Assembly: GCA_965261735.1 (NCBI GenBank)
Contig: OZ253470.1
Coordinates: 3,072,001-3,136,000, forward strand
Length of the DNA stretch: 64,000 nt
Reading direction: 5' to 3'
From: Alphaproteobacteria bacterium
GTDB lineage: Bacteria > Pseudomonadota > Alphaproteobacteria > SHVV01
A program made the translations under genes and the position numbers. Shown in pieces: positions 57,253 through 64,000 of the stretch; position 1 is the stretch's first letter; each line of letters starts with the position of its first letter. The notes under the pieces were generated by a model. It made no database searches. It worked only from the letters and a program-made list of their open reading frames with translations, and was not told where the DNA came from.

Positions 57253-59556
57253 ATGACCATCGAAAAGGTTAGCCGCACCTCAACCCATTGGGGGGCCTAC
57301 GACGTCAAGGTGGTGGAGGGGCGAATCGTCGCCGTCGAACCCTTCGCGGGCGATCCCAATCCGTCGTCGATCGGCCAATCGATCGTCGACGGGATACAGC
57401 ACGAGTCCCGCATCGAACAGCCCATGGTGCGCCGCGGCTGGCGCAGTGGCGGGCGAGCCAGCACCGGCAACGGGCGCGGCAGCGATCCCTTTGTCCCAGT
57501 AGGTTGGGACGAGGCGCTCGACCTGGTCGCCGGGGAACTCGACCGCATCAGGGGCGCGCACGGCAACGCGGCCATCTTCGGCGGCTGCTACGGTTGGGCG
57601 AGCGCCGGACGCTTCCATCACGCGCAGAGCCAGACCCATCGCTTTCTCAATCTGCTCGGCGGCTATACCAGCTCGGTCAACTCCTATAGCTACGGCGCCG
57701 CCGAAGTCATCATTCCCCGCGTCCTCGGTCACGGCTTTACCAGCCTTCTATGGCAGTTCACCTCGTGGCCCGTGATCGCCAGACACACCGGTCTGGTCGT
57801 GATGTTCGGCGGCATCCCGCTGAAGAATTCCCAGGTGAGCTCGGGCGGCATCGGCGGGCACGCCACCCGCGATTGGCTGAAGCACTGTCGTGACCGGGGC
57901 GTCGCCTTCGTCAACATCGGCCCCATCGAGGACGACGCCGCGGACTTTCTCGCGGCCGATTGGCTGGCGCCCCGGCCCAACAGCGACACCGCCCTCATGC
58001 TCGGGCTCGCGCACACGCTTCTGGTCGAGGGGCTCCACGATAGCGGCTTCCTTGAAACGCACTGCGTCGGCTTCGAGCGCTTTCGGCCCTACCTCCTGGG
58101 CGAGACCGACGGGCAGCCGAAGAGCGCCGATTGGGCGGCCGAGATCTGCGCTTTACCCGCCGAGACCATCCGCGCGTTGGCGCGGCGGATGGCCGCGAAC
58201 CGCACCCTGATCAGCGTCTCGTGGTCGCTCCAGCGCAGCGATCACGGCGAACAGCCCTACTGGATGGCCGCCGTCCTCGCGGCGATGCTGGGCCAGATCG
58301 GCCTCCCCGGAGGCGGGATCGGCTACGGCTATGGCGCCACAGGTGCGATCGGCAACCCGGTGAAGCGGCTCGACGGCATGGCGCTGCCCCAGGGCCGCAA
58401 CCCGGTCGAGACCTTCATCCCGGTGGCGCGCATCGCCGACATGCTGCTGCACCCGGGTAGCGCCCTCGACTACAACGGACACAAACTCACCTATCCCGAC
58501 ATACGCCTCGTCTATTGGTGCGGCGGCAATCCCTTTCACCACCACCAGGACTTGAACCGCCTGGTCCGCGCCTGGCAGTGCCCCGAAACGATCGTGGTCC
58601 ACGAGCCCTGGTGGAATGCGAACGCCCGCCACGCCGACATCGTCCTGCCGGCGACGACATCGCTGGAGCGCAACGACATCGGCCGCGCCGGGAGCGATCC
58701 CGTCATGTTCGCCATGCATCAGGCCATCGCACCCGTCGGCGCGGCGCGCAACGACCACGACATCTTCGCGGCGCTCGCCGATCGCCTCGGCTTTCGCGAA
58801 GCGTTCACCGAGGGCCGCGGCGAGATCGACTGGCTGCGCCACCTGTACGACGTCTTCCGTCAGAAGATCGCGCGCGAGCGGATCGAGCTGCCGGACTTCG
58901 ACGAGTTCTGGGAGCTCGGGCATGTCGAGGTGGCGGCCGCGCCCGAAGAGAAGGTGTTGTTCGAAGCCTTTCGCCGCGATCCCGAGCGCCACCCCCTGCC
59001 GACGCCGTCGGGGCGGATCGAGGTCTTTTCCGAAGCCATCGATGGATTCGGCTACGATGATTGTCCCGGGCACCCGGTGTGGCTAGAACCGGCCGAGTGG
59101 CTGGGCGATGCCGCCCGCCGCTATCCTCTGCATTTGATCTCGCACCAGCCGGCAACGCGACTGCACAGCCAGCTCGACTGTGCGGGCACCAGCCTTGCCG
59201 GAAAGGTACAGGGCCGCGAGGCCCTGAGAATTCACCCCGACGACGCGGCGCCGCGCGGCATCGCGGACGGCGACGTCGTGCGCGTGTTCAACGACCGTGG
59301 CGAATGCCTGGCCGGGGCGCGCGTCACGCGATCCGTGCAGCCCGAGGTCGTCGTCTTGCCCACGGGGGCGTGGTACGACCCCGAGCGATTGGGCGGCCTC
59401 GACCGGCACGGCAATCCCAACGTCCTTACACGCGACAAGGGAACCTCGCGCCTAGCTCAGGCGACCACGGCGCACACGGCGCTCGTCGAGATCGAGAAGC
59501 TCGATCAAGATCCCCCGGCCGTGCAAGCGCACAAGGCGCCGGCCATCGTGTCTTGA
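57253..59556 (+). CDS. Mo-bis-MGD S/N-oxide reductase, BisC/TorZ-like, cytoplasmic
   Basis: THWG, YGWASAGRFH, YSYGA (Ser ligand), GGNPFHHHQD, RLHSQ; no twin-Arg signal. Confidence 0.9.
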   Translation: MTIEKVSRTSTHWGAYDVKVVEGRIVAVEPFAGDPNPSSIGQSIVDGIQHESRIEQPMVRRGWRSGGRASTGNGRGSDPFVPVGWDEALDLVAGELDRIRGAHGNAAIFGGCYGWASAGRFHHAQSQTHRFLNLLGGYTSSVNSYSYGAAEVIIPRVLGHGFTSLLWQFTSWPVIARHTGLVVMFGGIPLKNSQVSSGGIGGHATRDWLKHCRDRGVAFVNIGPIEDDAADFLAADWLAPRPNSDTALMLGLAHTLLVEGLHDSGFLETHCVGFERFRPYLLGETDGQPKSADWAAEICALPAETIRALARRMAANRTLISVSWSLQRSDHGEQPYWMAAVLAAMLGQIGLPGGGIGYGYGATGAIGNPVKRLDGMALPQGRNPVETFIPVARIADMLLHPGSALDYNGHKLTYPDIRLVYWCGGNPFHHHQDLNRLVRAWQCPETIVVHEPWWNANARHADIVLPATTSLERNDIGRAGSDPVMFAMHQAIAPVGAARNDHDIFAALADRLGFREAFTEGRGEIDWLRHLYDVFRQKIARERIELPDFDEFWELGHVEVAAAPEEKVLFEAFRRDPERHPLPTPSGRIEVFSEAIDGFGYDDCPGHPVWLEPAEWLGDAARRYPLHLISHQPATRLHSQLDCAGTSLAGKVQGREALRIHPDDAAPRGIADGDVVRVFNDRGECLAGARVTRSVQPEVVVLPTGAWYDPERLGGLDRHGNPNVLTRDKGTSRLAQATTAHTALVEIEKLDQDPPAVQAHKAPAIVS

Positions 59557-59590
59557 CCGCCCTACCCGGCTGATCGTTAGGCGCTCGGCC

Positions 59591-60184
59591 TCACACCAGG
59601 CCCCTTTCGAGGGCCCGCCGCGTCTCGGGATCGCTCTCGAAGTGGGCCGCATCGGGCACCACGCCGAGCGCGCTGGCGACGCGCGCGACGTAGTTGCGGT
59701 ACGCGGCAAGCGCCGCGATCTCCAGAATCTCGATGTCCTCGAACCCGCGCTCACGGAGCAAGTCGATATCGCTCTCGGTCACGGTGTGGGGCGCTATGGT
59801 GATCTGTTCGGCATATTCCAGCATCGCCTCGTCCTGGGCACTCAACCCGGCGACTCGGAAATCGCGTTTGATCGCCACGACCAGCTCGGCGTCGTCAACC
59901 GTGTCGAGGGAACACAGCATCGCGCCGTGCGAGATCGTGCAGTACTTGCACATGAGCAGCGAGGACACGAGCACCGCCACCATCTCTTCGCGCCGGCGCC
60001 CCAGACTCGAGCCGCCAAAGGTGACGGCACCTGAAAACGCCTGCCACTTCGCCATCAGCTCGGGCTTCAGGCTGTGCGCCTTTAGGATATTGGCGACGAA
60101 TCCGTGTTGCTGCCGCGTGGCATCGTAGAGCTCCGCGAGTGGGCCCTCCGCCTCGGATTCGTCGACCGTCTCTATCCACGCCAT
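59591..60184 (-). CDS. Peroxidase-related enzyme, AhpD/CMD family
   Basis: ANILKAHSL.P, RREEMVAV.VS...CKYC..SH. Confidence 0.85.
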   Translation of the reverse strand: MAWIETVDESEAEGPLAELYDATRQQHGFVANILKAHSLKPELMAKWQAFSGAVTFGGSSLGRRREEMVAVLVSSLLMCKYCTISHGAMLCSLDTVDDAELVVAIKRDFRVAGLSAQDEAMLEYAEQITIAPHTVTESDIDLLRERGFEDIEILEIAALAAYRNYVARVASALGVVPDAAHFESDPETRRALERGLV

Positions 60185-60250
60185 GAACCTCACCGCCGTT
60201 GTCAGGGGATTGTCCGCCGATCCGCGCGCGGCGGATCATACCTCAAGTCG

Positions 60251-61585
60251 CTAAAGGCTAAGCGATTCCAAGAAGCGCATCCGCATGCCCGTGGGCTCGC
60301 CGATGATTTCGTCTTCCTTCATGACGACGCGCCCGCGCACCACCGTGGCCACCGGCCAACCCGTAACCTCCATCCCGGCATAAGGTGTCCATCCGCTTTT
60401 GCTCGCGATCCAGTCGTCGGCGATGACGCGCTTGTGGCCGAGATCGACGATTGAGAAGTCCCCGTCATAGCCGACCGCGATCCGCCCCTTGCGGGCGATT
60501 CCGAAGACCCGCGCCGGGCCTGTGCACACCAGGTCCACCAGCTCGGAGAGCCCGAGCCGGCCCGCGTTCACGTGTTCGAGCATGATCGGCAGCAGGGTCT
60601 GGACGCCGGGCATCCCGGAGGGGCTGTTCGGATAGGGGGCCGCTTTTTCCTCGCGCATGTGAGGCGCGTGGTCCGAGCCGATGACGTCGACGATGCCTTC
60701 GCGCACGCCACGCCAAAGCCGCTCTCGATGTTGCGCCTCGCGGATCGGCGGGTTCATCTGCGCCAGCGTGCCGAGGCGCTCGTAGCATTCGGGGGCGGCA
60801 AGCGTGAGGTGCTGCGGCGTGACCTCGACGCTGGCGATGTCCCTGTTGCCGGCCAGGAAGTCGATTTCCTGCGCGGTCGAGACATGGAGCACGTGGACCC
60901 GCCGGCCGGAGACCTGGGCGAAGCTCAGAAGGCGCCGGGTCGCGAGAAAGGCCGTCGTCTCGTCGCGCCATTCGGGATGCTGCGCGACACCCCCAGCCTC
61001 AGCGAGGGCGCGGCGTTCGACAAGGCGATCCTCGTCCTCGCAATGAACGGCGATGCGCCGGCGGCCGCTGCTGAGGATGCGTTGAATCGTCGCGTCGTCG
61101 GCCACCAATAGATCGCCCGTGGACGAGCCCATGAAAAGCTTGACCCCACAGCAACTCGGCATTTGCTCGTAGCTGCCGAGGTCGTCCGCGTTTTCCGCCG
61201 TGGCACCCACATAGAAGGCGAAGTCGCACCAGGCGCGGCCGCGCGCGCGCGCGCGCTTGGCGCTCAGAGTCCCTTCGTCGGTCGTGGCGGGTTTGGTGTT
61301 GGGCATGTCGAAGACCGCGGTGACCCCGCCCAGGACCGCACCGCGGGTGCCGGTCTCGATGTCTTCCTTGTGTTCGAGCCCGGGCTCGCGGAAATGAACC
61401 TGCGTGTCGATCACGCCGGGCAGCACGTAGAGGCCTGCGACATCGAGGATAGTGCCGGCTGAAGCCCGCGCCAGCGATCCGATGGCCGCGATGCGTCCAT
61501 CGAGCACGGCGACGTCGGTTTCCTCCTGGCCGCGATGCGAGACGACGGTACCGCCACGTATGATCAGGTCGTAGGTTGGGGCCAT
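60251..61585 (-). CDS. pyrC: Dihydroorotase
   Basis: DTQVHFREPG, DMPNT.P, VKLFMGSSTG, MNPPIR, GSDHAPH. Confidence 0.92.
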   Translation of the reverse strand: MAPTYDLIIRGGTVVSHRGQEETDVAVLDGRIAAIGSLARASAGTILDVAGLYVLPGVIDTQVHFREPGLEHKEDIETGTRGAVLGGVTAVFDMPNTKPATTDEGTLSAKRARARGRAWCDFAFYVGATAENADDLGSYEQMPSCCGVKLFMGSSTGDLLVADDATIQRILSSGRRRIAVHCEDEDRLVERRALAEAGGVAQHPEWRDETTAFLATRRLLSFAQVSGRRVHVLHVSTAQEIDFLAGNRDIASVEVTPQHLTLAAPECYERLGTLAQMNPPIREAQHRERLWRGVREGIVDVIGSDHAPHMREEKAAPYPNSPSGMPGVQTLLPIMLEHVNAGRLGLSELVDLVCTGPARVFGIARKGRIAVGYDGDFSIVDLGHKRVIADDWIASKSGWTPYAGMEVTGWPVATVVRGRVVMKEDEIIGEPTGMRMRFLESLSL

Positions 61586-61630
61586 TTGTCGGCTCTTCAT
61601 TCTCCGGTACGGCTCGCGCACAGACATAAA

Positions 61631-63391
61631 CTACGGCACGGCGGCCAAGGTTTCAAAGATATCGCCCTCCGGCGGGCGCCCGAGCACGTGGGCGCGATGC
61701 CACAGGGCGTAGAACAGGAGCGTCCAGCCGGCGAAACCGACACGCTTGCCGCGCGCGACGTAGAGTGCCTCGACGCGGCCCGGCAGGCAGATCTCGCGAA
61801 TGCCCGGCTGCCGGGCCACGAGTGGCCCGAGCTCGCGGCCGCGCGTCGCGATCCATTCGGCGACGGGGACGCTGAAGCCGCGCTTGCGGGAAAAGGGCTT
61901 GGCTTCCGGAAAATGCTCTGCCAACCAACGGCGCAGAAGGTACTTGCCGCGGCCCTGGTGAAGCTTGAGCTGATCGGGCAGCCTGAACGCCACGTCGGCC
62001 ACTGCCGGGTCGAGCAACGGGGTGCGTCCCTCCACGCCGTGAGCCATCAGGCAGCGATCGAGCTTGATCAGGAGATCGTGCGGCAGCCAATCCGTACAAT
62101 CGGTAGCTTGGGCGATCTGTAACCGCGAGCGCCCGGCCTGCGTGGCCGTGCTCTCGGCGGCCACGATGCCGTCGCGCCAGCCGGCAACCTCGTCGCGCAG
62201 CAGGCCAAGCCCATCACAGATGCCGCGCGGGCGCATGGCCCGGCCGCCCTGCCACCACGGTCGCGTCGCGCTGCGGTAGCGGCCATAGCCGGCGAACAGC
62301 TCGTCGCCACCCTCGCCGGTGAGGATGACCTTGAGCTCCTGGCTCGCTTCGCGCGCCAGCTTGTAGGTCGGTAAGACGGCATAGTCTGCGGCGGGGTCGT
62401 CCATCGCCGCGGTGATCTCCGGCAGCAGGTTCCACAGGTCGCGCTCGTCGACCTCGACCTCGACGTGGTCGGCGCCGACGCGCTCGGCCAGCGCCCGCGC
62501 ATGGGCGCGCTCGTCATGCACGACGCCGGCAAAGCCGGCCGTGAACGCGCGCACCGGGCGCTCGTTGAGGCGAGCCATGAGCGCCAGCAGTGTCGCACTG
62601 TCGATACCGCCCGAGAGGAACATGCCGTAAGGAACGTCGGCGCGCTGATGGACCGTCACGCTTTCGGTCAGGGCCCGATCGAGCCTCAAGAGCGCCTCGG
62701 CCTGGTCCCAGTCGGCGGGACCGCCCGCGGGCAACGCCGCGACGCGGTGCCGCTCGATGATGCGGCCGCCGCCGATCACCAGCGTCTCGCCCGGAAGGAC
62801 GCGCTTCACGCCGGCGAAAATCGTGTCCGGCCCGGTCGTGAATTGGAGCTCGAGGAGTTCGCTACGGGCCTGAGGTGCGAGCTCGCGCTTGGCGAACCCG
62901 GCGGCGATGAGCGCCTGCGGCTCGGAGGCGAAGGCCACGCCGCGCGCATCGTCGACGTAGTAGAGAGGTTTGATTCCAAAGGGATCGCGGGCCAGCAGTA
63001 GCCTATCCGCGGGCCGGTCGTGCACTGCAAGGGCATACATCCCACGCAAGCCCCGAATGAAATCGGCACCGTCGCGGCGGTAGAGGAAGACGGGGGGCTC
63101 GCAGTCGGAAGAGGTGGCGAAGGGCTCCCCTGCGAGCTCGTCGCGAAGCTCAACGTAATTGTAGATCTCGGCGTTGGCTATGAGGGCCGCGCCGCCGGGC
63201 TCGCGCAGCGGTTGATCGCCGGTCTCGAGGTCGATAACCGCGAGCCGGCGATGCACCATCGCGACGTTGCGCGCGCGGTAGTGGCCGACGCCGTCGGGGC
63301 CGCGATGGGCCAGCGCCTCGCCCATTCTATCGACGCGGGCGAGATCGCCCTCGCCGCCGTCGGCAACCATCAGGCCCGCGATCCCACACAT
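61631..63391 (-). CDS. asnB: Asparagine synthase (glutamine-hydrolysing)-like amidotransferase
   Basis: MCGIAG, HRGPD, RDPFGIKPLY, LSGGIDS, TGEGGDELFAGY. Confidence 0.92.
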   Translation of the reverse strand: MCGIAGLMVADGGEGDLARVDRMGEALAHRGPDGVGHYRARNVAMVHRRLAVIDLETGDQPLREPGGAALIANAEIYNYVELRDELAGEPFATSSDCEPPVFLYRRDGADFIRGLRGMYALAVHDRPADRLLLARDPFGIKPLYYVDDARGVAFASEPQALIAAGFAKRELAPQARSELLELQFTTGPDTIFAGVKRVLPGETLVIGGGRIIERHRVAALPAGGPADWDQAEALLRLDRALTESVTVHQRADVPYGMFLSGGIDSATLLALMARLNERPVRAFTAGFAGVVHDERAHARALAERVGADHVEVEVDERDLWNLLPEITAAMDDPAADYAVLPTYKLAREASQELKVILTGEGGDELFAGYGRYRSATRPWWQGGRAMRPRGICDGLGLLRDEVAGWRDGIVAAESTATQAGRSRLQIAQATDCTDWLPHDLLIKLDRCLMAHGVEGRTPLLDPAVADVAFRLPDQLKLHQGRGKYLLRRWLAEHFPEAKPFSRKRGFSVPVAEWIATRGRELGPLVARQPGIREICLPGRVEALYVARGKRVGFAGWTLLFYALWHRAHVLGRPPEGDIFETLAAVP

Positions 63392-64000
63392 CAGCGGACG
63401 ATCCGCTCGAGGAAATCGACGTATTTGGCCACGACGGCAGGCTCGGTGAAGCGCGCGTGGTAGTCGCCCCGGCCCGCAGCGGCGAGGCCGGCCGCGAGGT
63501 CGGGCGCGGCCAACAGGCGCGAGATCGCGGCGGCCAGCGCCTCGGCATCGGCGACCGGCGCGAGCAGGCCGTTGATGCCGTCAGCGATCAGCGCCTTCGG
63601 CCCCACGGCCGCGGCGGCGACCACCGGCACGCCGTGCGCCCAGGCCTCGATCACCACGTTGCCGAGAGGCTCATGGCGCGACGGGCACACGACGACGTCG
63701 GCGGCCCGATAGAGCGCCGCGGCGTCGTCGCGCCAGCCCAGGAAGCGAACCTTCGTGCCGACGCCGAGCGCGGCGGCGTCGGCACGAAGCCGCGCCTCGA
63801 GCGGGCCCGAGCCGGCGAGCCACAGGTGGCACTCCGGGAGCTCGGCGAGTGCCCGCAGCAACACATCGAAGCCCTTGTTTTCATGGAGCCGACCGAGCGC
63901 CAGGATCAGCGGGCCCGAGGCTGGCGTGTCCAGGCTCTCGCGCGGCACCGGGGGCAAGGGATCGGCATCGACGAAGTTGGGCAGATAGTGCGCGCGCGCC
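63391..64000 (-). CDS. Family 4 glycosyltransferase, 5' end outside window
   Basis: LGRLHENKG, PSRHEPLGNVVIEAW (EX7E). Confidence 0.9.
   Translation of the reverse strand, partial: ARAHYLPNFVDADPLPPVPRESLDTPASGPLILALGRLHENKGFDVLLRALAELPECHLWLAGSGPLEARLRADAAALGVGTKVRFLGWRDDAAALYRAADVVVCPSRHEPLGNVVIEAWAHGVPVVAAAAVGPKALIADGINGLLAPVADAEALAAAISRLLAAPDLAAGLAAAGRGDYHARFTEPAVVAKYVDFLERIVR

Noticed and set aside
59591-60184. Selenocysteine in the AhpD-like CxxC (and in the DUF3179 CPLC)
   Set aside because: These positions are ordinary Cys codons; no in-frame TGA

Overview
High-GC alphaproteobacterial (Rhodospirillales-like, by inference) chromosomal window. Core genes: chpT end, cheA, mnmA, tRNA-Met, pcm, cysQ, acuI, pyrC, asnB. 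Catabolic paralogues: three Rieske oxygenase alpha subunits, three amidohydrolases, two SDRs and NitT/TauT-type ABC parts without an ATPase. Five insertion sequences are present: IS1595 nested in IS5, IS21 nested in an IS1111-type IS110, and a second IS1595 copy. The window shows strong gene decay. At least five chimeric junctions join different genes or elements (cheW::epimerase, split barrel 1::split barrel 2, DUF429::MmgE/PrpD, IS110 right end::protease, Hpt-REC::dnaE2), and there are homopolymer frameshifts and an amber stop in glutaminase. The best candidate for an undescribed system is an intact operon at 11992-17617: amidohydrolase, ABC permease, binding protein, CADD/PqqC-like diiron enzyme, second amidohydrolase. 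Also found: a 1.1-kb integrase-less islet at tRNA-Met, an orphan tRNA 3' fragment, and a CTG-start small protein missed by the ORF track. No CRISPR array or rRNA was seen. All family calls come from motif recognition by eye, not database searches.
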